This document shows positions 24,743 through 37,771 of a DNA stretch of 64,000 nt, piece by piece. Below the pieces are notes generated by a model. That model saw nothing but the letters and a program-made list of their open reading frames with translations. It was not told the DNA's origin and did not search any database. The DNA is from Hormiphora californensis (Eukaryota; Animalia; Ctenophora), in the NCBI GenBank assembly GCA_020137815.1, contig CM035351.1, positions 7,750,001 to 7,814,000 of the forward strand, given 5' to 3'. Each line of letters begins with the position of its first letter. The first letter of the stretch is position 1. The translations under genes and the position numbers were made by a program.

Positions 24743-27700
24743 ACTGCTTTTTCGAAACCCTTTTTTACACGCAACCCTAACCCCTGGGGCAACCCCCTAA
24801 TTTACGGCAAATTATGCCCCCGAGTGGTGACCCTAACGATTTTTGCACCCCCAAAAAAGCTTCCAGGGGCACCTTTTTTCATGACATTGGCAGAGTTGGC
24901 AAAAGGGTTTTCTAAACTTTTATACGGGGGAAAGAGGATGACAAAACTGGGAATTTTTAACCGTACGTAACCTTTTATAGGAAGTCCCGCAAGGGTCTAG
25001 TGTTGGCCCCGAAAACCCCTGCCCCCGAGATTAAAAAGGAAATGATTTTGGGAAAATGAGGGCGTTTTTCCCGGGGAAAGTGCTATTAACCCCCCTTTTT
25101 TTAAAGTACGGTTTCCCCTTTTTACAATGACGCTGTTTTTGTAAAAAAGAAAGCTAAAGAGGGCCAGGTTTTAGGCCTTTCGGGCTGGGGGGAAGAGGAA
25201 AGTTTTTAGGAAGGGCCCCCCAACCCTTTTTTATTCCCCATTTTAACCCCGAGGGGGAAGGGATCCTTTCCCCGGAAAAATGGGAACCCGTTAAAAAGTC
25301 AGGAGAGGTAAATCAGCTCCAGAACAAAATTAAAAGACATGCAGAGCGAGGAAATTTAAATCGGTGAGATCTGTAAATGAGGCCCGTACAGAAAGGGCCT
25401 TAAAAATTTTGGGCTGCCCGTGGGGCCCCAAAAACCCCCTTTTCAAAAAGCTACTTTCCCCCGAGGAAAATTGGGGGGCTTCCACCCCAAACCCCCAGCT
25501 CCCAAAAAAGTAGCAGAGTTAAGAACCTTAAATTTTTTTTGGCCGCCCGAGGGGGAAAACGAGACAGGGTTTCTATCGGTGCACTTAAACCCTTTTTGAG
25601 GGGGTCGACAGAAGCCTCCCTATCATCAAACTTGTAGACTTGGAACCAAAAAATTTAAGGGAAAAACCCCCCGGCCCATTTGGGTTTCCTTGGGTCCCAG
25701 AGACAGGGTTTGGGCTCTACTGAGGAAAGGGCCCCACAGCCGGGGGATCCGGATATTTAAAAATTTCAGCAGAGTGTTTTCTCTGTCCCGATCGGACTAT
25801 TTAGGAGAGACGAGAGAAAACGAGAAATCTACCAACATCGAAAAAAATTGAAGGATAACCCGGGAGACGTTTCTCTCTCTCTTTTCCCCTCCTTCCCCCC
25901 TTTCCCCCCCTACCCCCCTCCTTCTCCCTTTTTCCTCCTTTTCCCTCATTTCTCTCTCTTCTTCCCCTTCTCGCTTCAAACGTTCTCCTCTCTCTTCCCT
26001 CCCCTTTACTCTCTGTATGAAAGTAATGTATATCTGTTTATTACCCCCAGGTAAATATCTGTTTTTAAGGAAAAACCCTTTTTCCACAATATTTGATTTT
26101 CCCCGGTTGGAACTGCGTTTTTTAAAAATTTCCCGTCGCCCCCACTATCTGTTTATCGGGTTTACCCCCAAGGGTTAAAACCGGAATTTGGGAAGGGAAT
26201 TTCACCCCATTGGGGCTATTTCTACCAAAATTTTTTCGTGTGGATGACCTGCAGAGGGGGTAAAAATTAATTTTTTTTAAACCCTAGCTCCAACCCCTTA
26301 AAAAAAAATTGGATAGGGATTTTAAAGGCACTTTTTAAAAAAAGGGGTTTTTGCAAAAAAAAAAAGACCATAGTTTTACAACTAAAATAAAAAAGAGTTC
26401 GCTCAGTGTCCCCCTTTACCCTTCCCCCCCCCCCCCCCCCCTAAAAGAGTGAAAGAGAGAGAGAGAGAGAAAAAACCGAAACCCGGGGCGTGGTAAAATA
26501 GGGGGGAAAATTTGAATTGAAGAGTTTAATTTTTTCCCCCCCCTTAAAACCAAAAAAATTGGGCAAAAAAAAAAAAAAAAAAAAAAAAAACCCCCCAAAA
26601 CCCCCCCCCCCCCGCCCCCCCAAAAAAATGGGGGGGGGTTTTAAAACCTTCCCCCGGAAAGGGGGGGTAAAAAAAAAATAAAGGGAAAAAGGAAAACGGA
26701 AAAATTAAAAAAAATTTGGGGGGGGGAAAACCCAAAAGGGGAAAATGGGGGGTTGGTGGTAGAAAAAAAGGGGGGGGGGGGGGAGGGGGAAGGGGAAAGG
26801 GGGGAGGGGTAAGGGGGGGGGGGAAGAGGGGGAAGGGGGGGGGCGGGGGAAAAAAAAAAAAAAACTAAAAAAAAAATCTAACCCCCCCCTAAAATGGGGG
26901 GGGGGGGAAAAGGGGGGGGGGGGGCGTAAAAAAAAGGCAAAGGGGGGGGGTAAAAAAATAAAAATAGGGGGCTAGAAATAACAATAATAAAAAAAAAGGG
27001 GGTAAAGGGGGGGGAATAAAGGGGGGGAATAAGGGGGGGGCGGGAGGGGGGGGCAAAAAGGTTTACGGGGGAAAGGGGGGGGGGGAAAAAATTAAAAAAA
27101 AAAAAAAAAAAAGGGGTTATCGGGGGGGGGGAATTAAACCCCTGGGGTTTCAAAACCCAAAAAACCCCTTCCAAGTTAGGGGGGGGGGGGGGGGGGACAC
27201 GCCACCAAAGGGGGGGGGAAAACTGGGGGGGGGGGGGGGGGGGGGTTAAAAAAAAAGAAACCCCAAAAAAAAAAAAAAAGGGGGGGGGGGGGCCTTAATG
27301 AAAAAGGAAAACCCGGAATTCCCCTTAAACCCAAATTTGTAAAACCGAACCCAGAACCCCCCACAAAATGGGGGTCGGCGAACGTTTAGGGTTTTACCTC
27401 TTCCCTTTAGCTCAAATTAAATTTTATTTTAAATGGCGTTGAAAAAGTTTTTTAAAAAATGCGGAAATTTTTAAAAATTTAAAAAAACCTTAAACTGGGG
27501 TGAGAAAAAGGGAAACCCCGGGAAAACCCCCCAACCAAATAGTTTTTCGACCGGGCTGAAATCCGAACTTTTTAATGCCCCCTTCCCCCCGGGTAGAAAA
27601 AAAAAATAAACCAACTAAAAAGTATCACAGGAAAATACCACCCATTTTTTCTCGTAAAGATCTCCAAAAGATTTAAATTTTTAAAAATAAGTTTAAATAT

Positions 27701-28300
27701 ACTAGTAAGTACCAGTTCCCAAGGCTTACCTTTGTAAATCCGACCAAAATTTATTTCTTTCTCCATGACCCGGCCGAGAGGGACTTTTAAAAGGGGGGAA
27801 TGGGAGGGAGGGGGAAGGGGGAGAGAGGGGGAAAAAGAGAGAGAGGAGAGAGAAAAGGGGAGAAGAGGGGAGATGACATACCTCTTTTGTCAAAAAATTT
27901 TTTTAAAAGTAAAAGTAAATGTAAAAGTAAATAAACATTTATATATTTCCAAATTTAAAGGGTTTTAAAAAAATGGAGGGAAAGCCCCAAAAGCTACGCT
28001 TGACAAAACCTCTCCTTTCCAAAAAATGGTACAGATACAAAACAGAGCCTAAAAAAAAAAACAAATACAAAAAACAACAAAACCCCCGAACATACAAAAC
28101 CCCAAACAAAACAAAAAACGAAATTATCCCCCGAACCCCTTCAAAACACGTCATAACAGTTACTAGAACCTCGGGACCAAAAAAAATAACCAAACCCAAA
28201 AAACCCCCCCCGACCAAAAAAATGAAACCCAAATAATCAACCCCCCCCCCAACCCAAAGTCAAAAAAACTTCCCCAAAAAAAACAAACAATAAATAAATA
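24743..28300. other. Low-quality, homopolymer-inflated sequence (similar at about 740-2700)
   Basis: Pervasive long G/C/A/T runs next to a gap; the ORFs are poly-F/P/G/K. Confidence 0.85.
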
Positions 28301-28569
28301 AATTAGCTGTCCTTCAAACATGCAGTCCTTGAGAGTGTGTATTTCGATACAGAGTTTGTTTCGGTGGATATTATTGTCTGGACATACAAGGCACAGTTTT
28401 TTATCGAGAAAAACGTTTAAAACGGAGTGTATGGTATTCACTCTTCTTTCTTCGGCCTCTCTCAGCCAGTCTGCAACCTCATCTACTCAACTCTACACAA
28501 ACTCGAAAGGCCAAGATACGTTTAAACAAAATACACACAAAGAATCTAAAATACTCTGTCATGGGTGGT

Positions 28570-29160
28570 CCCTCTACTAAGTCTCAGGTAGATGTAGGAA
28601 GGAATGTAGATGTAGGAAGGAGTGTATAGTAGGTGTAGTAGGACATAGGTATAGTGGGATGGAAGGGAGTGGAAGTCTGGAATTTGGATTAGTGCATAAG
28701 CCATTAGGGCGTGGTGGCAATGAATACCGAATAGTGATAGGTGAGACAGGACACGGGAACCCAGGAAAGGACCAAGCAAGGGAGGCAGACCATGTGCAGT
28801 CCCAAATTGAAGCCAGACAAGAGATAAGCAATTTGGAGAATTAGAAGCTGTAGCCTGGAGGAGGACAAGGATACACTGCACAGCTTAATGGAAAAATGTG
28901 CCCTGGAAAGGATGAGGGTGTGCAGGTGCTGGAAAGATGGTGCTGTGCAAACGCCAGACATACCAAAATGACCCAGGAAACCAAGGAAGCAAGTAGAAAC
29001 CAAGGAAATATGGCCCTTGTGTTTGGGTAGTTTCTTCTGAATAAATCCGGAGACGTTTCTTTACAACGGGCAAGTGACGGTAGGGTTCCAGAAATAACAG
29101 CTGACAACTTCCAGTCAAGGATTTGGAGCCAGGTTTGCCAAGTGCTCGCTATTTGTGCTT
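28570..29160 (+). pseudogene. Possible highly decayed 3' end of a non-LTR retrotransposon ORF
   Basis: Only weak motifs (VIGETG; C...DTLHSLMEKC) and many stops. Confidence 0.3.
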
Positions 29161-29482
29161 CTGACAGTTGACTGTTGACACCAATTACAATGGCAACAAA
29201 ATCGATAACTAAGAAAACAGGGATATTATTTATTGTCTCCCGGTAAATCAGGGTCCAACTGTAGCGACCGGAGAACGCCCGTCGCCCAATATCATATTAA
29301 TATGTTTCGCTTTCCTTCAAAACCGGGCCGTTTGAAAATTACAGTCGAAGTACATCTTTGATGGGCTATATCTTACTATCATAGGTAGGCTATATATACC
29401 TATAGCTGTGTATGTACCCAGATTGTAATCTATCTAGCTAGGGCCTAGGCCTGAGGCCTTGAGAGTTTGAATTGAACGCTTA

Positions 29483-30098
29483 TAGGGATCCCTAATAAAG
29501 TTGTGACTTGTCACCAAACATGTGGTTCCCGTGGCGGCGCGGCTTCAAAATGCGCGATTGTAACTTGTCACCGCATGGTTTACGCCGCGCCGCAGCTACG
29601 CGCAGTGGAAACCACGTGCGTTTTGGTACGCGCACACGCGGTGACAAGTCACAACCGCGCCTCCGCAAGACTACAGTGACAAGTCACAACTTTATTAGGG
29701 ATCCCTATCTCAAATCTTTAAAGTCGGATTTTTTGAAGTTGTCACCCCAAAATGACCGCGCATGTGAAATTTATCAATTTTGACGCACACACCACACGTT
29801 AACATGTGATGTGACGCGCAAAAACATTCCGCGCACGAAAAGGGGGGTGACAACTTCAAAAAATCCGACAATAGTAGCTTTTCCACTTTAAAAAAAATTA
29901 AAAAACCCCTATTTTTAGAGCGCACTGAATATTAAAAATTTAGCAGCGTTGTTACCATATTTTTTAGCCGCGGCGCGTAAAACACTCATGATTGCAGTGA
30001 AAACACCAAAACGCGCAGCACGCGCCGCTCTGGGTGTAATGACTGAGTAAAGACTGTGTAAACGCTGTGTAAACTCTGAACTTTTTTAGGGATCCCTA
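29483..30098. mobile_element. Non-autonomous element with self-palindromic TAGGGATCCCTA termini and internal hairpins
   Basis: TAGGGATCCCTAATAAAGTT at 29483, with inverted copies ending at 29707 and 30098. A second inverted repeat TCGGATTTTTTGAAGTTGTCACCCC spans about 29724-29868. Confidence 0.7.
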
Positions 30099-30102
30099 TG
30101 GT

Positions 30103-30534
30103 ATGGACAAAATTTACACAGATGTGCGCATCTTCAATCCATTGGCTCCCACAAACAGTGCCATTCCTCTTGATACAGCTCTGAAACGACACGAGGACGA
30201 GAAAAAACGCTGCTATAACGAACGTGTCCTTGAGGTTGAACAGAGTTGTTTTTGCCCACTCGTGTTTTCAGTAACTGGTGCCCTGGGCAACGAGGCAGAA
30301 AAATTCTACAGGCGCCTTGCCAAGCTGCTTGCTGACAAAACACACCAAGCTTACTCTGACACCATCCGTTACATTAGGCAGCGGTTGTCTTTCACCCTGC
30401 TCAGAACAACTGTCATTAGCTTGAGAGGGCATAGAGGCAATAAGTTCACTAAAACGAGGCAGTATAAGAGCGAACTCAATGACATTAACTTATTATATAA
30501 CACTTTTAATTCTACCAAATTTAATCAATTTTAA
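30103..30534 (+). mobile_element. 3' end of a CRE-clade non-LTR retrotransposon (restriction-like endonuclease domain)
   Basis: DVRIFNPLAPTN...HEDEKKRCYNERVLEVE...FCPLVFSVTGALG...RQRLSFTLLR...LRGHR is typical of the animal CRE C-terminus. Confidence 0.85.
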
Positions 30535-31468
30535 TCAATGCAGTAATTTATTAATCTTCTCCCCCATGGGAGACCGGTATTTTTATATTGATATTGTTAT
30601 CTAATCCCATTTTAACCCCCTTTTAGAAAAAAAATTTTGAACACGAACGTGAACTTTTTTTAGAAATTTTAAAATTTGAGACTTTTTCCTCGGTTTTCCT
30701 GTTGGCATTTTGTCATTCCTGTCGTTGAACTGAGCTTGGTTAGCGTTGTAGGAGCTTCAGACAGAGGAGTTACTGTCCATTCAGAAAATATCATGATTCG
30801 AATTAACCCAAAGTTGCTTATTTTCAGTCGTGCGAGAGAACCGTGAAAGGCTTCAAATTACCTTACAACTCCATTGTAAATACAGTTTTGAGCCCATCTT
30901 CTTATCAAAACTTTTTGACATACTGTGGTTGGGGCCCTAAGGTCGGGCTAATTCAAAATTGCTCAAACCAGCGGCAAGCCAGGCTGCCAGCCACTTAAGA
31001 TTTCTTATATTAGTCGACTGCCATCATAGTTAAGTCGCGACCTCACGAGGAGTGGGTATTTGACTCAGGGTAACACTTAATTGAGCAGAGACTATTTCTT
31101 TGGAATTGTATTCTTGAATTACTTAATACCGTCGAAACTATGGTCTATGAATCAGATGGGGCGTCGGGCGAATGTTCGCGAATATCGAAAAGGATCATTG
31201 GCCACCAAAGAGTGTTCATAAACAAAATTATTTTAACTGATTTCTAGCTTTTTACTTTATTACACCCTCGTCTCTATGTCCAGTTTCCACGGTTGCAACA
31301 TCTTTTGTCTACGTAGTTTCTACTTGAACACCTGTCACAATACACAGCGACATTTCAGAGTTCTGAAACTTGGTGGCTCAATATTTTATCCAAACTTAAA
31401 TCTTTTACCTCTTTTGATAGGAGGAGCATGAGCAAGGAGCAAAAGTAAAAAAAACTGAAAAACTGAAA

Positions 31469-32100
31469 ATGGTTCTAAGCGAAAAACACCGTGCAGAGCT
31501 GTAAGTATTCTAATTATGTTCTAAACCTCGAGTAATGCAGTGTACCATGGTTTGGTAGGGTACCCCTTTTAGTGTAGGTGGTGGTCATTGTTCAGCAGTT
31601 AGTGAAGTACTGTGGTTCAGTTATAGCCCCATGTTGTGTTCACATGAAAGTGTGTCTGTGTGTAACGTTAGCTGCATTTTGATAGGGAACTATTTGGGAT
31701 ATTATTGAATGTGTGTGTGTAATGTTGGTGAGTAGTTTTACGTAGTAGTTTTTCACAGCAGTCTAGATTCTCACAGTTCTCTCTCACAGTTCTCTCCCAG
31801 TTCCTCTCACTTCTATCCTCCCCTTCTCTCACTCTCTCCTCTCTCAGTTCCTCTCTCAGTTCTTCTCTTCCCTTCTCACGTTCTCTTCCCTCGTGGCCCT
31901 GGCTGCTATAACTTATTACAGTTATATTGCCACTTGTCACACAAATGAACAGTCATAAAAAGCTGCTTATATAGCGGGTATAGTGTGGGAACGTGTAACT
32001 TTATATAGTCTAAGTGGGACAGTAATACTGAGAGTGCATTTAGGTTTTAATCTCTCTGTCTCTCTCTGTCTCTCTGTGTCTCTCTGTGTCTCTCTCTGTG

Positions 32101-32162
<62 letters not shown>

Positions 32163-35100
32163 CTCTCATCTCACTCGCTCTCTCTCTCTCTCCTCTCTCT
32201 CTCTCTATCTCGTCGCTCTCTCTCCTCTCTCCTCTCTCTCTGATCTGATACTCACTGGGATGATCTGATAGTCACTGGGGTGATCTGATCATGGGTGGGG
32301 TGATCTGATCCTCTATGGGATGATCTGATCTTGGGTGGGGGATCTGATCCTCAGTGGGGTGATCTGATCATGCATGTGGGGTGCTCCTAGCATGCTACTT
32401 GTTACGTGATCTGATCTTGATGACGACGATTTAGGGACCACCAAACCACCGAGGAAACACTTCTGGCCGACCTAGACCCAGCCCCGAGCAGATACAAACT
32501 CCACACCGCCGATGATAAGAAGGCTTTTAAAACGACACTTCAAGGCGACGCATGTTATGCAGAAGCCAAGGCAATCAAAGAAGTATCCTGCTCGTCAGTC
32601 AATGAAACTATGGAACTCAATCAAAGGCTAGTTGGAGTCTTCAAAAAGGCAGCTGACATCACGGTGCCTCTCAAAAAAGAGAACCCCAATCAAAAGAAGT
32701 CAAAGAGAAGAAAAACCATCCCTAAACAACCATGGTTTAGACATTGCTTACCCTCCAGGAAATTGGTGAACAGAATCTCCCAAAGAGCGGGTAGAAATCC
32801 CTCTGGAACGATCACGGGTCAACTCTTTACAACGAAGAAGGATCACAGAAGGTTGGTAAGAAACACTAAGAGACGCTGCATCAGAGAACTCTCCCAAGAC
32901 ATCGATGATGGTAACATTGACTGGAAAAACCTCAAGAAGTTAAAGAGCTTTGCACCCTCGGAGAACAAGCTGGACGCTTTTGACATGAAAAACTTCTGTA
33001 AGTTCTTCAAAAAACTCTACGCCAAACAGCCCCCTCCAGCCGCTATCTCAGGAAATGAACAAGCCATGTGCTGGGAATCAACATGTGACAAACCCATACC
33101 AGAAGATCTAGACAAAGCCCTTAACAGGGATGTTACAACAGAAGAAGTGGCAGCTGTAACAAGGCGACTCAAGGACGGAAAAGCTGTAGCTGAGGATCAA
33201 ATTGCCAATGAGTTCCTGAAAGCAAGCAGTACAGAAGTCATGGAGGCGACAGCCAACTTGTTTAACCAATGTCTCCAGAATCAGTGCTATCCTTGGAAAG
33301 AATCACTCGTCACCCCATTGTATAAGAAGGGCTGTAGGTATGATCCTAACAACTACAGGGCCGTGGCCGTGGCAAGCAACCTTGGAAAGCTATTCTCTGG
33401 GATCCTTCTGGATAGACTCCTGGATTTCCGCTCCATTGAAGTACCTGATCTACCAAATCAACTAGGTTTCTGCAAAGGAGCGCAAACCGCTGACCATGTT
33501 CTTACGCTGAAAACAACCATAGATAAGTACGTCCAGCAGAAATCTCGCCTCTATACGGTATTTGTGGATTACTCCAAAGCATTTGATACCGTGTGTAGGG
33601 AGGCCCTGCTGTATAAACTCTATCAATACGGCGTGCGGGGTCGGTTCTTCGGTGTGCTCAAGGACATGTATACGGGCTCCTCAGCCAGAATTAAGCTCCT
33701 TGGTAAGCTCACAGAGACTATAGAGGTTAACATCGGTACCGAGCAAGGACACCCTCTAAGTCCGGAACTCTTCAAGATTTACGTGCACGAGCTCTCAGTA
33801 AGACTAAACAGGGAGGCGGGATCTTCATCACCATCCCTGGCAGGGAAACATATTTCTCACCTCCTGTGGGCTGATGATTTGGTTCTGATGGCTCTAAACT
33901 AGGGTGCGTCATTTTGCAAAAAAGTTTTCCAATTTTACTGAAACCTTCCCAGAAGTTGTGGACAGGTACACAGAGAAGGACTGTGAAGTTTCAGTCCCCT
34001 ACTCCAACTCCTTACGGGTACAAAATGCTTTTTATGTGCATGGGAAGTGTTACTTCCCGCGCACCCATTTTGGCCCATTTTCGCCATTTTAGGACATCCA
34101 AAAAATCTAAAAAAATTTCTAGTTGCTTCTTGGATTGCTAAGAGTCGTTTATAAGTCAAATAAAAGCATTTAAACGATTTTTGTAAAAAAATAATTTTAT
34201 TTTTCCCCCATTTTTGGCAGGCTTGCACTTGCATACTACACAAGGCTTCATTTCATATCCTTCCATTTGACCTTTGCTGTTGTTTTTCTTATACAGGCCC
34301 ATAAACCCTCAGAGATGCTAAAAGAAGTTAATAGAGGACCATAGAGACCCAGAGAGGCCCATCGAGACCCATAATGGCCCCTATATACCCATAGAGGCCT
34401 ATGCGGGATGGCATTGAGGTTCATAGAGGCCCCTTAGAGGGTCATAGAGACCAATTAAGGTCCATAGAGGCCCACACAGGCCACTAGAGCTTCATAGAGT
34501 CCCCTTAAAGGCCCATAGAGACCGACAGATGGTCTATATACTCTCTAAGGGGCCTCAAGAGGACTCTATAAGCCTCTAATGGCATCTACGGGCCTCTTTG
34601 AAGCTTTATGGACCTCTATGGGACTCTATGTGCATACATAAACCCTCTGTCGGTCTCTATGGGCCTTTAAGGGGACTCTATGAAGCTCTAGTGGCCTGTG
34701 TGGGCCTCTATGGACCTTAATTGGTCTCTATGACCCTCTAAGGGGCCTCTATGAACCTCAATGCCATCCCGCATAGGCCTCTATGGGTATATAGGGGCCA
34801 TTATGGGTCTCTATGGGCCTCTCTGGGTCTCTATGGTCCTCTATTAACTTTTTTTAGCATCTCTGAGGGTTTATGGGCCTGTATAAGAAAAACAACAGCA
34901 AAGGTCAAATGGAAGGATATGAAATGAAGCCTTGTGTAGTATGCAAGTGCAAGCCTGCCAAAAATGGGGGGAAAATAAAATTATTTTTTTACAAAAATCG
35001 TTTAAATGCTTTTATTTGACTTATAAACGACTCTTAGCAATCCAAGAAGCAACTAGAAATTTTTTTAGATTTTTTGGGTGTCCTAAAATGGCAAAAATGG

Positions 35101-36863
35101 GCCAAAATGGGCGCGTGGGAAGTAACACTTCCCATGCGCATAAAAAGCATTTTGTACCCGTAAGGATTTGGAGTAGGGGGCTAAAACTTCACAGTCCTTC
35201 TCTGTGTACCTGTCCACAACTTCTGGGAAGGTTTCAGTCAAATCGAAAAACTTTTTTGCAAAATGACGCACCCTACTCTAAACCCTGCCAGCCTCCAACG
35301 ACTCATCGATGTATTAGAGGAATACTGCGAGGAATGGGGTCTCTCAGTTAACCTCAAGAAAACAGAAGTAATGGTATTCAACAAATCAGCTGTCAAACTG
35401 AAAGAAAGTGAAGGCTTTATATACAAGGGACAGAGAATACCCTCCGCAAAGACGTACTGCTACCTGGGTGTAACATTCACTCTTAACGGATCTTTCAAGC
35501 TGAATGAAGCTAAGCTCAAGCAAAAAGCCCTCAGAGCTGTGTTCTCTATAAAGAAACAGATTGACTTCTCGACAATAAGCCCCCGCACAGCTCTGAAACT
35601 TTTCGACTCACTTGTCCTCCCCGTTGCTAGCTACTGCTCGCAAGTGTGGCTCCCGCACACATCTTGGAAATCAGTGTTTAGCAAAGACTCAATGGACCTG
35701 AAGATCATAGCTAAATCCCCCCTGGAGAGATTGCATCTATCATTCTGCAAGATGGCCTTAGGAATCAACACTCGGGCCTCCAATGTTGCGGTGTGGGGTG
35801 ATTGCGGGCGCCTCCCTCTGACACTGGCACTAGGAAACGGAGCTCTTAAGTACTATAACCGCATCAAAGACATGGAAAATCGTGACACCCATGATACTCC
35901 CACCCCGTTAGTGGTTTATGCTCTGAAGGAGCAAGAAATACTGGAGCTTGACTGGGTCACACAAGTACTAGCCATGAGCCGTCTCAACAAGGAAGACACG
36001 TTCACCACCACTTGGAACAGGGATCGCACTACTAACAAGAAGATGGAGTTTTACAATATGGTGAAAACATCATTCTATCAAGAAGAATACCTTGACCTCG
36101 AACGTGACCTATCTAAATGGATAGCAAGATTGAGATGCAGTGCTCATCGATTCAACATCGAAGTGGGAAGGCAACAAAAATACAGAGAAAGTACAAGGAC
36201 GGAGGACACACTGATAAAGAAAAGAGCCTGTCCTATCTGCACCACAGAGAATCACCTTACTTTCCTGCTAATCTCTCAACTTCCCTCACACGAGACAATC
36301 ACGGAGGACGAGGAACATGTATTATTGCATTGCCCAGGGTACGACGACATCAGGAAACAGCATCTGTCTACAAATAAGCCACAGCTACATGCGGTTCGGA
36401 TGAGAAGCCTCTTCAAGGACCACCCCTGGGAAACTGCAGTATTCCTACGCAAAGCAAACAAAATCAGGCATCCTGCCCCGACTTGGAACACGGCGCATGT
36501 TAAGACCCAACCTCGACAAACTATCCCATCTCAATGAAAACCACGCATCTACCTTGATGTCTTTTACACAACACAACAACAATGCCGGCCCCACTGGCGC
36601 CATGCCATGCCCGGTGAAGAGCCATTCCACTGACGCTATTAGTCATGTTTGGTGAAGATGCCGGCCCCACTGGCGCCATGCCATGCCCGGTGAAGAGCCA
36701 TTCCACTGACGCTATTAGTCATGTTTGGTGAAGATGTGCAGAACAGGTGCATCCTCTCGGTCTGTCTGCAAGAACTCTTCGGTGAAGTGTCAGCGGTTGG
36801 AGTGTATGCCGTTTATGCGATTGAACGTGTAGGAGTGTGAGCGAGTATGCGTCTGCGTGCATA

Positions 36864-36935
<72 letters not shown>

Positions 36936-37453
36936 GGTGTGCGTGTCTAGGATCTAGCAACACAGTACAAGTGTTTTGATCTTTATTTGTTTAATTCTCG
37001 TTTAATTCTCGTTTAATTCACAAATGAACAGTCATAAAAAGCTGCTTATATAGCGGGTATAGTGTGGGAACGTGTAACTTTATATAGTCTAAGTGGGACA
37101 GTAATACTGAGAGTGCATTTAGGTTTTAATGGGCCTGTTATGTGTGCCCCCCCCCCCGTGGTATAATACAAGTCTGATTACAAAGTATCATTCCCCAATA
37201 TTTGTCAATACCAACCGTCGATCTTTCCTTCCTTTAGAGGCGGATCGAAGAGAAGGCTGAACAAGAGGGACACAGCTGCAAGATCGCATTACCCCTATGC
37301 AACCCGCGCCAGTCTAGTCAGAAGAGAGAAAAGGAGAAGAGAGAAAAGGGGGGGAAAGGAGAGAAAGCTGGAGAGAGAAACGAGAGAGCAACAGTAGGGA
37401 GGAACGGGAGAGAGAAGAGGAGAGAGAGAGAGAGAGAGAGGAAAAGAGAGAGT

Positions 37454-37523
<70 letters not shown>

Positions 37524-37695
37524 GAGAGAAGAGAGAGAGAGAGAGAGATGAGAGAGAGAGAGAAGAGAGAGGAGATAGAGAGGATAGAGAGCGAGCGAGA
37601 GAGAGAAATACAGAGAATCTCGAGTCTAGAGATAGAGTATGATGAGATAGAGAGAACTAGAGACGGCGAGAGCTCTACATATCTTCCCTCTCTCT

Positions 37696-37771
<76 letters not shown>

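Larger units (their letters stand above)
32052..37018 (+). mobile_element. 5'-truncated non-LTR retrotransposon (RT plus C-terminal Cys/His motif; possibly RTE-X or CR1-L2 group) in LIS1 intron 1. ORF about 32424-33899 plus 35284-36537
   Basis: [54 protein letters not shown]...[10 protein letters not shown]; 3' tail (GTTTAATTCTC)n; 112-bp flanking direct repeats 31940-32051 and 37019-37130. No endonuclease domain is left. Confidence 0.92.

Noticed and set aside
24743-28300. G/C-run-rich region as a G-quadruplex or low-complexity gene
   Set aside because: The pattern is that of poor-quality base calls beside a gap.
32241-32385. CRISPR-like repeat and spacer appearance
   Set aside because: The core is about 10 bp, the spacers are about 10 bp and related to each other, the context is eukaryotic, and there are no cas genes. 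It is a minisatellite.
33904-35351. Paired ORFs on opposite strands (MRHFAKKF..., MCSMQVQ...)
   Set aside because: A by-product of the inverted arms of the foldback element.
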